A stretch of 64,000 nt of DNA from Acidobacteriota bacterium (GTDB lineage: Bacteria > Acidobacteriota > UBA6911 > RPQK01 > JAJDTT01). The stretch is from assembly GCA_965217775.1 (NCBI GenBank), contig CBDCJH010000002.1, positions 1,824,001-1,888,000 of the forward strand, in the 5' to 3' direction. This document shows positions 29,112-40,140 of this stretch, one piece after another. Position numbers and translations under genes: made by a program. The notes under the pieces were generated by a model. It made no database searches. It was not told the DNA's origin and worked only from the letters and a program-made list of their open reading frames with translations. The first letter of the stretch is position 1. Every line of letters begins with the position of its first letter.

Positions 29112-30023
29112 ATGAGCCCCATGTTCAACGGATTCACCCGCAGCCGGATCGACGCCGACGGCACCTCCGTCCATCTCGTCCACGGCGGCCAAGGCCCTCC
29201 GCTCCTCCTCCTTCACGGATACCCCCAGACCCACGTCATGTGGCACAAGACGGCTCCGCTGCTGGCGCCGCACTTCACCGTGGTGGCACCCGACCTGCGC
29301 GGCTACGGAGACAGCGGCAAGCCGCCGGCCCCCCCTGGCGACCTGAGCGTCTACTGCAAACGGACCACGGCCAACGACCAGGTCCAGGTCATGGCCCGGC
29401 TCGGCTTCGAATCCTTCCACGTGGTGGGCCACGACCGCGGCGCCCGGGTCGGGCACCGGATGGCTCTGGACCATCCGGACCGGGTCAGAACCCTGACCTC
29501 CCTCGACGTGGTCCCCTCCCAGTCGGCCTTCGACAAGATGGACAAGGACCTGTCTTTTGCCTGGTTTCACTGGCATTTAATGCGGCAACCCGAACCTTTT
29601 CCTGAAACTCTTATCGGCAATAGCGCCAAGTTCTACCTGGACTTCCTGCTGGAGCGATGGTGCGGCATCGAAGGTTCCATCACCCAAGCGGCGTACGACG
29701 AATATCTGCGCTGCTTCTCCGACCCCGAGACGATTCGCGCCACCTGCCTGGACTACCGGGGAATCGCGCTGGATCTGGTCCACGACGAAGAGGACCGCGG
29801 GCGGCGGCTGACTTGTCCGGTGCTGGCGCTGTGGGGGAGCGACACCTCCAAGCGTCCCGGGTGGCAGACCGGGGCCAGCCTGGATATGCTCACGGTGTGG
29901 CGGGAGAGAGCCGTGGACGTGCGGGGCAGAGCCTTGGCTTGCGGGCACTTCCTACCCGAGGAGCTGCCCCGGCAGACGGCCGCCGAAATCATGAAGTTCC
30001 TGGGAGTCCGCCCGGCTTCCTGA
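29112..30023 (+). CDS. Alpha/beta hydrolase, haloacetate (fluoroacetate) dehalogenase-like
   Basis: LHGYPQTHVMWH, DLRGYGDS, nucleophile GHDRGARV, WFHW, CGHFLPEE. Confidence 0.9.
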   Translation: MSPMFNGFTRSRIDADGTSVHLVHGGQGPPLLLLHGYPQTHVMWHKTAPLLAPHFTVVAPDLRGYGDSGKPPAPPGDLSVYCKRTTANDQVQVMARLGFESFHVVGHDRGARVGHRMALDHPDRVRTLTSLDVVPSQSAFDKMDKDLSFAWFHWHLMRQPEPFPETLIGNSAKFYLDFLLERWCGIEGSITQAAYDEYLRCFSDPETIRATCLDYRGIALDLVHDEEDRGRRLTCPVLALWGSDTSKRPGWQTGASLDMLTVWRERAVDVRGRALACGHFLPEELPRQTAAEIMKFLGVRPAS

Positions 30024-30061
30024 GCCATCGACCCGAGCCCTGGATTGAAGGAGAAGACCTG

Positions 30062-31360
30062 ATGACGAGACATCCCTGCCAACTGATAGCCCTGTCCGCC
30101 CTGGTATTCGGGATCAGCGCCTGCCAGCCGGCTCCCGAACCGGAGATGCAATCCGGCGCTCCCAAGGTCCGCCTGGAGGTGGGTGACCCCGTGACCGTTC
30201 CCACCGACCAACACCCGGACATTTCCATGGGCCCTCGGATCGTGACCCTCCCGGACGGAAGAGTCCTGGCGGGACGGGGAGAGGTTTCCTTGACCACCAG
30301 TGACTCGGGAGCCACATGGGACGTCGGCCCGGCCATCGCCAGACCACACCTGCTTCCTCTCCGGGACGGAAGCTTCTTCTTCCTGAAGGGCCGGGGCGTG
30401 CAAAGCGACGAGCCGGGTCTGTTCTCCCTGGAAATGGCGCACGTCCAGTCCCTGGATGAAAATGCGACCGAGGAACGGATCTCCTGGTCTCCCGCCACGG
30501 CGCGCGTGGACCGGTGGGCCCCGCTGACTGCCGACAACGAGACCGAAGTGGACTACTTGGGCGTCGGGGGTCCCTTTCTGGAGCTCGAGGACGGGACCCT
30601 GCTGGCTGCGTGCTACGGAAATTTCAAGGGCGACACGGTGCCCATGGAGGGATTTCTCGCCACCAGCGGCCAGAAGTGGTTCAAGTACCGAACCTATCTG
30701 CTGGCCTCCAGCGACGGTGGTGTCAACTGGGAGTACCTCTCCACCATCGCCTACGACGGGGACACCGGTCAGGAGAGCTTCTGCGAACCGGCCATCGTGA
30801 ACTTGGGCGGCGGCGAGCTCCTGGCGGTGATGCGGACCGGCCGTTTCGCACCCATGTACCAGGCCCGCTCCTTGGACGGAGGCAAGACTTGGCAGAAGCC
30901 GGAGTCGATGCACATCCTGGGATTGGCGCCCCAGATGGTCCTGCTGGAGAACGGCGTTCTGGTATGCAGCTTCGGCTGGAGACGGCTCAAGATCGGCTAC
31001 GGCCATGGACTTAACGACGAGGGCGGACCCTACCCGGCCGCGGCCCGAGACTACCAGGAACGATATCTCCAGGACGTGGGCATCGAAAACCCGTCCGAGG
31101 CCGCCGGCGACTACGTGATGATCAGCCTGGACAAGGGAAAGACCTGGTCCGAGCCCCGCAAGATCGCCGAACCCCTGACGTCGGGATACACCCTTCTTGC
31201 CGCCTCCGGGCCCGATACCGTCCTCGTGATCTCAGCGAGGCTCACCATCCCCGGTCAGTCGCCAGAACGTCACCTGGAAATCTGGGAGCGGGAATGGACC
31301 CAGTGGTCCGACAATTCCGTCGTGGTCCGGATAGCCCGAAAGATCCGGGTCGTCCTATAG
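30062..31360 (+). CDS. BNR/Asp-box sialidase-like lipoprotein
   Basis: Lipobox ISAC after ATG 30062; Asp boxes SDSGATW, SSDGGVNW, SLDGGKTW, SLDKGKTW. Confidence 0.82.
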   Translation: MTRHPCQLIALSALVFGISACQPAPEPEMQSGAPKVRLEVGDPVTVPTDQHPDISMGPRIVTLPDGRVLAGRGEVSLTTSDSGATWDVGPAIARPHLLPLRDGSFFFLKGRGVQSDEPGLFSLEMAHVQSLDENATEERISWSPATARVDRWAPLTADNETEVDYLGVGGPFLELEDGTLLAACYGNFKGDTVPMEGFLATSGQKWFKYRTYLLASSDGGVNWEYLSTIAYDGDTGQESFCEPAIVNLGGGELLAVMRTGRFAPMYQARSLDGGKTWQKPESMHILGLAPQMVLLENGVLVCSFGWRRLKIGYGHGLNDEGGPYPAAARDYQERYLQDVGIENPSEAAGDYVMISLDKGKTWSEPRKIAEPLTSGYTLLAASGPDTVLVISARLTIPGQSPERHLEIWEREWTQWSDNSVVVRIARKIRVVL

Positions 31361-31362
31361 GA

Positions 31363-31425
31363 GGGGACTTTCCTGTCCCCCATTCTTTCTTTTTTCCCGA
31401 TTGCGGGGGTTGGAAAACCCCCACT
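31363..31425. repeat. Palindrome pair between convergent genes (REP-like or terminator)
   Basis: GGGGACTTTCCTGTCCCC followed by a T-tract, and GGGGGTTGGAAAACCCCC. Confidence 0.55.
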
Positions 31426-31429
31426 CCCA

Positions 31430-32413
31430 TCAGGCGTGAACCGCTTCCATTCCTTGGGTGGCCCTGATCTCCGCCTCCTCCCAGTCCGGAAGCCGCCGGG
31501 CATACTCATGCGCCTGCGAGACAAAATCCAACCCGGCCAAGCGCATCCACGCCTCGGTCAGCCGGCGAAAAACGGGCCCCGGACGCCCATCCCCCACCCT
31601 CTGCCCCTCGAAGCTGGCCGCGTGGACCAGCGAATAGGTGGTCGCCGTGCAGAAGATCTCGTCGGCCTGCAAAGCCTCGTACCGTCCCAGATTCGCCTCC
31701 CGCACGGGAACCCCCAACTCGTTCGCCAGATCGATGGTGGCGCCGCGGGAGACCCCCAGCAGTATGTTTCTTCCCTCCGGCGTCAGGAGGACGCCGTCGC
31801 GAACCAGGAAAATGTTCCATCCGGGCCCTTCGGCCAGGAAGCCGTCCGGGTCCATCAGGACGGGCCACTTGTTCTCGCCCATCCGTGCGCCCTGCAGCAC
31901 CGCCATCTGATAGTGCAGACGGCTGCGCGTCTTGGCCTTGGCATCCACGAGATGAGACGGCAACGCCTGTTGAGACGCGATCACCACATCTACTCCCCGA
32001 TCGTAGTTGGGCGCGAAATGTCCCATATGGGTCACCAGGGGCCAGCAGTTGATGGAGACGGTGGGCTGCACGCCCTTGGGGAATGCGCTCCGGTAGAGAG
32101 ACAGTGGCCCGCGCGACACGTCGTGCATGATCTGCCAGTCCATGTCGGGCGGCTCGGTGGGGAAATTCCGGTCCAATGTCTCCAAGGTCAGATCGAACAT
32201 CTCCGGTGCCGTCATGCCGGGATCGATCTCCAGCAAACGGAGCGATGCATAGAGACGATCCAGGTGGTGTTCCAAGCGAAACGGTTCCCCCCCGAACGTC
32301 CGGGCCACCTCGAATGCCATGTCTCCGAACATGAGGGACGAGTCGAATATGGAGACCCGAGCCTCGGACTCGGGCACGAACTCACCGTTGAAATAGACGA
32401 TTCTTCCTGACAT
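31430..32413 (-). CDS. Aminotransferase class IV (BCAT/D-amino acid aminotransferase-like)
   Basis: YFNGEFVP, FRLEHHLDRL, EGPGWNIF, ILLGVSR, ADEIF. Confidence 0.9.
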   Translation of the reverse strand: MSGRIVYFNGEFVPESEARVSIFDSSLMFGDMAFEVARTFGGEPFRLEHHLDRLYASLRLLEIDPGMTAPEMFDLTLETLDRNFPTEPPDMDWQIMHDVSRGPLSLYRSAFPKGVQPTVSINCWPLVTHMGHFAPNYDRGVDVVIASQQALPSHLVDAKAKTRSRLHYQMAVLQGARMGENKWPVLMDPDGFLAEGPGWNIFLVRDGVLLTPEGRNILLGVSRGATIDLANELGVPVREANLGRYEALQADEIFCTATTYSLVHAASFEGQRVGDGRPGPVFRRLTEAWMRLAGLDFVSQAHEYARRLPDWEEAEIRATQGMEAVHA

Positions 32414-32540
32414 CAGCGCTCCTCCAAGAGAGCGATTGTACCCGTTTGGCTCGTCTTTCTCACGCCGGGCACATCTGCGATGCCCTGCGGACGGCGTTCG
32501 GTGAGTGAGTCGACAAATATGGTGTTGACGAAATGCGCCG

Positions 32541-33872
32541 CTACCGAAGTATCCCCTGAATATAGGTGCTCACGCCCTGGGTAAAATCGTCCTCGACCTG
32601 ATCGGTGAAGGGCGTGACACTGCCGGGTTCGTAGCCTCCTTCCGCGAAGGCCTGCCGGGTGGGCAGATACCCTAGAAAACCATTCGTGTAGCCTACGAAG
32701 AATGTGAAGGGAAAGGGAGAATGGTTGCGTACGTTGATGGCGATCTCGCAGAAGAGCTCGACCGGCGCCGTCCATAGGACGAGATCCTGGTTGAGCTTCA
32801 GGAAGCGTACCGGGACGCGAATCAGGCTCACTCCGGTTTCCGTCACCCGAAGGTAATGCGCCAGCTCCTCGACCCAGCCGAAGCCGGCCTTGCGGGGAGT
32901 CTCGATGACCGTTTCTCCAGTCCACAAAACGACCTTTGAAGTGCCGCTCTTCAGTGAGCGATTCGCCTGCAGGATTCGATCCCCCAGCATCACGTTGAAC
33001 TGGGTGATGTGACCTCTCTTGAAATTCGGACGAGTGCTGTAGATGGGGGCGATATTCCCGGCCGCACCGTTGATATACAGCATCGGCGCACCCAGCTTTT
33101 CCTCCACGTACTCGGCCACGATCCCCTGAGCATCTCCGCTGATCAGGAGATTCTCGGACCCGAGAACGGTCCCGTGCATGGCATATTTGGCAATCAGAGC
33201 CAGCGGCGACCCGTCCAACCGGTCCAGCCGAATCAGCCCGATCTGACGGTCCACCGGTCCGTCCGGATTCATTCCCAGGGAGGCGCTTCCATCGACATCG
33301 ATGGCGCGCCGGTTGATATTCGCCATCGAATGACCGGTCGTCACTCCCAGACGCGCCGGTTCCAGTTTCGATCGAGCCTCCCGAATGCCTGCGATCAGTC
33401 GGGCTTTCACCATCTCGGAATATTCAGGGTTGGGCTCGTGCAAGTATCTGCTGGCCAGCATGATCTTGATGATTCCCGGCGAGCCCACCTCGGGAGCCGA
33501 GTGGGTGTGCGTCAGGGTCCACCACACCTGCTCGGACTTGATCCCCGTCTCCGTCTCCAATTCTCTGGAAAACTGTTCGTAGAAGGCAGGAGAAATGGCG
33601 GCCAGATCCGAGGAGACGAGAAAGAACTGCATCTTCCCATCATCCATTGCGGCGATTCGATGATAGAGGCGGTCGTGGACCCCCTCGGACTTTCTGGGGC
33701 CGTAACCCAATAGCCACAGAGATTCTTCCGGGGTGATATCCACCTTTACGCAGGAAGCCCGAAAATCCCCGGAGGCTGCTCCAAGGAGCGATACCGCAAC
33801 GGCCATGACCAGAATCGGTACGAAGATTATTGAGCTGTGAAATCGTTTCATTGTCGGATTCTGTTTCGTCAT
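32541..33872 (-). CDS. Neutral/alkaline ceramidase-like protein, secreted
   Basis: KVDITP, THTHSAP, YAMHGT, NGAAGN, GYLPT..AFAEGGYE. Confidence 0.8.
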   Translation of the reverse strand: MTKQNPTMKRFHSSIIFVPILVMAVAVSLLGAASGDFRASCVKVDITPEESLWLLGYGPRKSEGVHDRLYHRIAAMDDGKMQFFLVSSDLAAISPAFYEQFSRELETETGIKSEQVWWTLTHTHSAPEVGSPGIIKIMLASRYLHEPNPEYSEMVKARLIAGIREARSKLEPARLGVTTGHSMANINRRAIDVDGSASLGMNPDGPVDRQIGLIRLDRLDGSPLALIAKYAMHGTVLGSENLLISGDAQGIVAEYVEEKLGAPMLYINGAAGNIAPIYSTRPNFKRGHITQFNVMLGDRILQANRSLKSGTSKVVLWTGETVIETPRKAGFGWVEELAHYLRVTETGVSLIRVPVRFLKLNQDLVLWTAPVELFCEIAINVRNHSPFPFTFFVGYTNGFLGYLPTRQAFAEGGYEPGSVTPFTDQVEDDFTQGVSTYIQGILR

Positions 33873-33962
33873 TACAAACTCCCACGTTAGAGGACGTTGG
33901 ATCGGAATCCATTCTCAGGTCTCATTGAATACGTCTGACGAACAGGACAGGGCGTCGCATTC

Positions 33963-35880
33963 TCACTCAGCCCTGACCTGAATCTTGATCCGGCGCCGGT
34001 CCACTCCGCCACGGGTGGAGTGGATGGAGACCTCCGCGTCCACCGACTCGACGTCCTTGAGCCGTACCCTCCAGGCCACGGTCCGATTCTGCGCCGGGTC
34101 CAACCAACCTGCCTCAATATCCTTGCTTCGCAGCGACGGCTCCAAGATCTTTACTTTCCCGCTCTCCACAAGCTCTTCGTCGAATTTGATCCGGGCCGTG
34201 TCCGGCTTCACGATCTTGACCCGCCGGGCCTGGACCAGGGCCGTGGGGAGATGGCCCACATTACGGTAGGTGAGCTCGATGGAATAGTCCCCGGGGGCCA
34301 GAGACCTCACCCGGATCCGTGAAATCCGGACCTGAGGGAGTTGCCTGGCCAGGAACAGATTGAACCGGGTGCTCTTGAGCGCCCACTCCTCAAGCAGGTC
34401 CACGGGCGGATTCCAGAAGGCGAACTTGGGCGTGAATCCCCCGATCTCCACTTCTCCCAACTGGGGATGTGCGATCTTCTTCCAGGGAATGAACTCCTTG
34501 CCGCCGCGCTCCCGGTCGTTCCAGACCATGGCGTCGTAGTCGTCCAGTCTGCCGTCCCCGTCAAAATCCTCCTTGCGTCCAATGTTCCAGAGCTCGTCGT
34601 TGTACCAGATGGAGCCGAAGTAGAAGTATCCGAAGTCGGGCCCGTGGCCGAACAGCGGGATGGGCCGGCTCGGCTCCCCGGTGATGACATGGAAGGGATG
34701 GACGTTCCGGTAGTCCTCGTAGACGTCGCCGGCCCACGGATACCCCGAAATCGCCTTCCCCTGTTTGTCCAGGTAGACGTACCACTTGAGGTCCTCAGGG
34801 GCCATGCTCTCCTGGCTGCGGCTGGTGGAGGGCGGACGCAGGTGCATGGCCATGGGCGTGTCCATGGACTGGCCGATGGCCACGTTGGGATGGGTCAGCA
34901 GGAAGAGGACCACGGCCCGCGTCTCCGGCTCGGACAGGGGGTATTCGCCCGCGCCCACCTGGGTGAACCCCCGGCCGGTGGCGTCCCGGCCCGGTTCCGG
35001 CCGCCAGTTCTCCGGATAGTTGCGGTGCAGGTCGAGTCCGCCGATCCCGTCCTCGTTGAACTTGCCGTCCCCGTCGTTGTCCACGCCCTCCGGGTCGACC
35101 TGCCAGTCCCCCTCCCCCTCGGGCACCATCTTCATGAGCCGCTCCGGGTCTCTCGGGTCCCGGATGGCGTTTCCCTTCCCCTCTCCCACATGGTGGCGCA
35201 TCTGCAGCAGGAGGCCGTCGCCGTCCAGATCCTCGCCCGGGTCCTCGTCCAGGAGGCCGTCCCGGTCCGTGTCGTGGGGACGGACCGAGCTGCGATTGGT
35301 CTGGGCCGTCAGCAGGAAGAGCTCGGCGCCGTCGGGATTGTTCACCGGGCGCAGGTAGAAGGCCTTGGTATCCACCAAGTGGGTGATCTCGGGGTCCTTT
35401 CCGTACCCGGTCACCAGCAGATGAATGAGCTGGACGATGGAGACGGAACTGGCGATCTCGCCCGAATGACGGCCGCCCTCGGCGAACATGGCCGGCTTGT
35501 CGGTGTCCTTGCCCGTCTCCCGGTTGGTCACGGTCACCTGCCAGATCTCGCGCCCCTCGAAGGTCCGGCCCACCGAGTAGAGCTCCAATATCTGCGGATA
35601 CTCCCGCGCCCACCCCTGGAGGAACCCGTGGATCTCGCCATAGGTGGGATAGTGCTCGAAGTCCAGTTCTCCTTCCTTCAGAGGCTTCACTTCCGGGTAA
35701 TGGACCCGGGGAAAGAAACTTGGACCGTCCCGTTTTCCCCCGACCCGGTAGGTCTCCGCTGCCTTTTCTTCGCCAGCTCCAGGTTCGGATTGAGGTTGTG
35801 CCCCAAAACCGACTTCGGCATAAACCCCTGCCAGAACCGCAGCGGCGATCCAGGTCAGACTCTTCCTTCTCATATCCATC
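33963..35880 (-). CDS. M14 zinc carboxypeptidase family protein
   Basis: RHSGE, NNPDG, DLHRNY, PLSEPET; DxDxDG loops; start taken at MDMRRKS, which begins a signal peptide. Confidence 0.85.
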
Positions 35881-36067
35881 CTGAGCGACCTCCGAGGCCG
35901 ATTATGGCTGCAAGTCATCATGTGCTCGTGCCCCGCTGGAACCGGATCAGTTTCCTTCGACGGCTGCGCCATTTCAAGAATCTTGCGTTCGTCCCATTTT
36001 GACCCGGAGATATCGGATGGATAGACTCGCTGTCCGTTCCTGACGGGCCACACGGAGGATCCGAACG

Positions 36068-37579
36068 ATGAGACCACTTCTGCTCGCGGCTCTGCTGTTC
36101 ACGACACCTGCATTGAACGCCGGAAGTCACCACCAGACCCAACCTCTCGAGATCGGCGACCGGCTGGAGCTCATGGTAGACGACTACTTGATCGACTCCA
36201 TGACCGGGGACGTCCGGCTGGAGCTTCAAACCCCCACCTCCGGCGGCAGAGTGCTCCATTTCGACAAGCCTTGGGAGGGCACGACCTGCTTCTACGTCTC
36301 GGTGGTTCACGGCGACGGCCTCTACCGCATGTACTACCGGGGCCACAGCCTCCCGTCCTCCGCAGCCCCGTCCCTTCTGGAACCGGGCGAGACCATGGTC
36401 CCCGAACATCCCGAGATGACCTGCTACGCCGAGAGCCGGGACGGCCGGACCTGGACCAAGCCCGCGCTGGGTCTGGTGGAGTTCGACGGATCGAAACAGA
36501 ACAACATCATCTGGGACCGCTTCGGCAACCACAACTTCATGGTCTTCCTGGACACCAATCCCAAAACGCCACGCGAGGAACGGTACAAGGCATTGGCCTC
36601 GGGGGAACCCAACCACCCGTTGAAACGGATGGTGGGGATGGTTTCGCCCGACGGGATCCACTGGAAACCCATCCGTGAGGAGGCCATCCTGACGCAGCCT
36701 CCCACGGACTGGGGAGGCGACGAGATCTTCTGGGACCAGTTCAGGAATGAGTATGTCGCTTATCTCCGGGTCTGGTTTCCACCTCGTCACGATGGTGCAG
36801 GCGAGCGCCGGATGCCCACCATCCGGGCCATCGCCCGGGCCACCTCACCCGATTTCCTGAACTGGAGCAAGCTGGAGGACATCGAGTTGGGGGAGGGTCC
36901 CCGGGACCAGTTCTACACCAACGGCATTACGCCTTACTACCGGGCGCCCCACATCTTCCTGGGCTTCCCCAAGCGTTTCGTTCCCTGGCGGACCAAGATT
37001 GCCGATGCGCCCGAGAACGGGGTCTCCGAAACGGTGTTCATGACCAGCCGCGACGGTCTGAACTGGGACCGCAGGTTCCCCCAAGCCTTCATTCGGCCCG
37101 GCCGCGAGAAGAGGAACTGGTACAACCGCACCAACATGACCTCTACCGGAGTGGTCTCCACAGGAGATGACGAGATCTCCCTCTACGTGCTCCGCCACTA
37201 CAAGTTTCCCAGCATTCACATGGAGCGGATGGTCCTGAGGACCGACGGATTCGTCTCCCTCAACGCCGGCTACGGCGGAGGAGAAGTCGTCACCAAGCCT
37301 CTGACCTTCAAGGGGAGCAACCTGGTGCTCAACTTCGCCACCTCCGCGGCGGGAAGCATCCACATCGAGATCCAGGACGAGTCGGGGCGGCCGCTTCCCG
37401 GCTTCGCGCTGGAGGAATCGCCGCTGGTCTGGGGGGACGAGATCGAGTACACCGTCAGGTGGAAGCGTTCCCACGCCGGCGCGAATTCGGATGAACCTTT
37501 GAAGCGGATTGCTGGCAAACCGGTCCGGCTGCGTCTGGTGATGAAGGACGCCGACCTCTTTTCGCTACGGTTTCGTTGA
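36068..37579 (+). CDS. Secreted beta-propeller glycoside-hydrolase-like protein
   Basis: Signal peptide; CYAESRDGRTWTKP, SPDGIHW, SRDGLNW, LRTDGFVS; ends DADLFSLRFR. Confidence 0.75.
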   Translation: MRPLLLAALLFTTPALNAGSHHQTQPLEIGDRLELMVDDYLIDSMTGDVRLELQTPTSGGRVLHFDKPWEGTTCFYVSVVHGDGLYRMYYRGHSLPSSAAPSLLEPGETMVPEHPEMTCYAESRDGRTWTKPALGLVEFDGSKQNNIIWDRFGNHNFMVFLDTNPKTPREERYKALASGEPNHPLKRMVGMVSPDGIHWKPIREEAILTQPPTDWGGDEIFWDQFRNEYVAYLRVWFPPRHDGAGERRMPTIRAIARATSPDFLNWSKLEDIELGEGPRDQFYTNGITPYYRAPHIFLGFPKRFVPWRTKIADAPENGVSETVFMTSRDGLNWDRRFPQAFIRPGREKRNWYNRTNMTSTGVVSTGDDEISLYVLRHYKFPSIHMERMVLRTDGFVSLNAGYGGGEVVTKPLTFKGSNLVLNFATSAAGSIHIEIQDESGRPLPGFALEESPLVWGDEIEYTVRWKRSHAGANSDEPLKRIAGKPVRLRLVMKDADLFSLRFR

Positions 37580-38286
37580 ATTGGATGCGTCCGATCTACT
37601 GGCCGATGTGCGGCCGTAGGGACCGGACGTACCTCTGAATCGGATCACGGCGATTCTGATATTCTGAGACTCGCTGAAGTACCGCGCGTAGCCAGCCTCT
37701 CGACTAGTTTGAGCGCTGGGAAATGTAAGCACTGACCAGAGCACACACACATAGCCGCGCCGACGCAATTGAAGGGCCCAAGAACGTCGCTACCGGAGCC
37801 GTTTGCTCCGACGAATCCGGATGTCCGCAGTTGAGATCCTCGGTGCCGCCAACAGGGTACGATAATATACTTCATCGTAGTCTTACCCGCGCCCCTGACT
37901 CCCCAGATTTCTGCGACCTCCCCATCCATATGGTGGCTTCCACTATTCCAGGGCGTCCCGCCGTCAAAGCTGAGCTTGGTTTCAGAGCAGATCTCTCGGT
38001 ACGAGGGAACCGTCGAATACCGAATCACATGAACGCATGATACTGTACGTCGTAAGAAACCATCGGATCGGTGATCAGTGTGAAGTTTCGGCGTTGGGCG
38101 TTGATTCTACCTGCGACGGCCTTGTGTGCCGCCATTCTCTCATGCGAAGGCGAGACGGTATCGAGGGGAGACAAGAAGCAGTTCCTTGAAGAAGTTGATC
38201 GTCTCGATAATCCTTCCAAGAAGAGAGCTGAACTCGAAGCGTACATCAATCGAAATCCAGGCGGTCCCCACCTGTCACTCGCATAT

Positions 38287-38444
38287 CAGTCCGTGGTGAA
38301 AGTCGCGCGAGCACCGAGACTGTTCCTGCGCCCGCCGGACAAGGCGCGATTCGGGTGCATACCGGGAGTATGTGCCCGAATCGCAACTCAGTCCGCCGGG
38401 ATGCAGGGACGGTCGAATGCCGTGACGACTTTTGCCACGGGCTG
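38287..38444. mobile_element. MITE family A copy with ATAT target duplication
   Basis: ATAT-CAGTCCGTGGTGAAAGTC...GACTTTTGCCACGGGCTG-ATAT. Confidence 0.92.
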
Positions 38445-39306
38445 ATATGGCCTTTTGCTGGACATCCTGAGAACAGAGGACCCTCAGGACGCGCTCAATT
38501 TGGCAGATAGAATACTGAACGAGCACAAGACAGACACCGAACTCCACTATTACGCCTACCGCACAAAGTTCACCGCGTATGAAGATCTAGGTGACCGGAA
38601 GTCCGCCGCAGCATTAGCCCGCCAAGTCCTCATCTCTGAGAGTGATCCGAACCTCCTCCGTCTCGCCACCCCTCATGATCCCGATAAGGCGGAAGAGTAC
38701 GAGGCGCGGATTCAAAGCGCGGATATCAAATCTAATGAGATCCTAGCCGTTGCCTGGGAGTCGGAATTGTACGACTTAATGCCCAGTGACTTGGAAAACA
38801 TGTCAGATGAAGACAAAGCCCGCCGTTTGACTCAACTGATCCCGATCTACGAAGCACTCCCGGAGAGCGACCTCGCCTTCATCGACAAATTTCCTGCTCT
38901 TTACTTCGAGATTGCTCACCTATTGGCCCGTTTGGGAGACGGTGAGTCGGCCCTCTCTTATCTTGAGCGAGTCGAGGAAGTACCGGGATCAGACTGGCAT
39001 CTTGCCAGCGAACGTGGCGAAGTCTACGTAAAAATGGAAAAACCCTTATTAGCCATAGAAGCCTTTACTGAGGCGCTCGCTTTGACCATGGCTCCGTGGC
39101 TTTGGCAACGGATTCAGGAGATCTGCGAATCCGTGGGGGAATCTCCGGAGAAATGGCTGGCCCGAAGCCGCCAAATTCGCGCCGAACGACGATGGATTTT
39201 TCCCGATCTGAACCTGGAGACGCCTGACAGCGAGAAATGGAATCTGCATGATTTCCTGGGTAGTGCTGGAAGTGTCGTCGTTTTCTTTTCACCCGGCTGA
39301 GGCGCA

Positions 39307-39332
39307 TGCATTGCGGAGTTTCCGCATTTGCA
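39307..39332 (+). promoter_or_regulatory. Putative bacterial SECIS hairpin
   Basis: TGCA-T-TGCGGA-GTT-TCCGCA-TT-TGCA; the loop G follows 17 nt after the UGA at 39298-39300. Confidence 0.65.
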
Positions 39333-40140
39333 ACGTTTCCATGATCGCTACGCGGACTCGGGATTCCGCGTAGTACTCCTCGAATACCGCGGTTGGGAAC
39401 ATCAGGCGATCGAGTCATGGCTTGACAAGCAGGGTAGCAGTCTTCCCGTCCTCCTCGGGGCTGATCGAGAACGGCTTGAAAAGAAATACAATATTCGAGG
39501 CACTCCGACCAAGTTCATCCTCGACGAAAACGGGCGAGTACTGTTCCGTCAAATAGGATATGGCCCAGGTGTCGAGAAGATTCTGGAAGCGCAGATTAGA
39601 GAAACGCTAGGCATGAATCCTTTCTTGGAGTGATTTGCTTGAGCCCGACAGTGGAAACTTTAGGAAGCTCGAAAAATCACGACCTCCTTGACCCTTGATC
39701 CCTTCTCTGGCCCTCGGCCCAGGAGGCCAAGAAGCTTTTCGACGATGCACGGGCCAGTGGCCGCCATCTACGTTTTTCGCTTCGCCTCACGACGGGACCG
39801 CGTGACCGACGATGTATTTCAGAAGACGTGCAGAATCGCCAGCAGGCTAGGGCTGACGAATTCTGTTAACTGAAATTAACAGACGTTCTCTGGAAAAAGG
39901 GGGGAACGCCCGGGGGGGAATCAGCCCCAAGCCGCCCGGAAACACGGGTCAGAAGAAGAGGACCAAGCCCCTCGTGGGGGGAACAGAGTACGATAATTGC
40001 ACTTGATAACAATCTAACTAAGCCCTCCTCAATCTCCCCCCTTGCAACCCCGGCGACGGTCAGTGCGCCGGGGGAAGTGCATACTGAAACCACACACGCG
40101 TATGCTTGCATATACTGCTAGCGTTGGTTGAGACTCCCAG

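Larger units (their letters stand above)
38071..39633 (+). pseudogene. TPR-repeat lipoprotein with C-terminal TlpA/redoxin domain, UxxC (probable selenoprotein), interrupted by a MITE
   Basis: One frame spans three track ORFs. Lipobox ILSC; VVFFSPG-UGA-GACIAEFPHL; YNIRGTPTKFILD; MITE at 38287-38444. Confidence 0.8.

Noticed and set aside
29657-30061. N-terminal extension of the sialidase-like ORF in the track
   Set aside because: It overlaps the dehalogenase-like gene; the RBS and lipoprotein signal point to ATG 30062.
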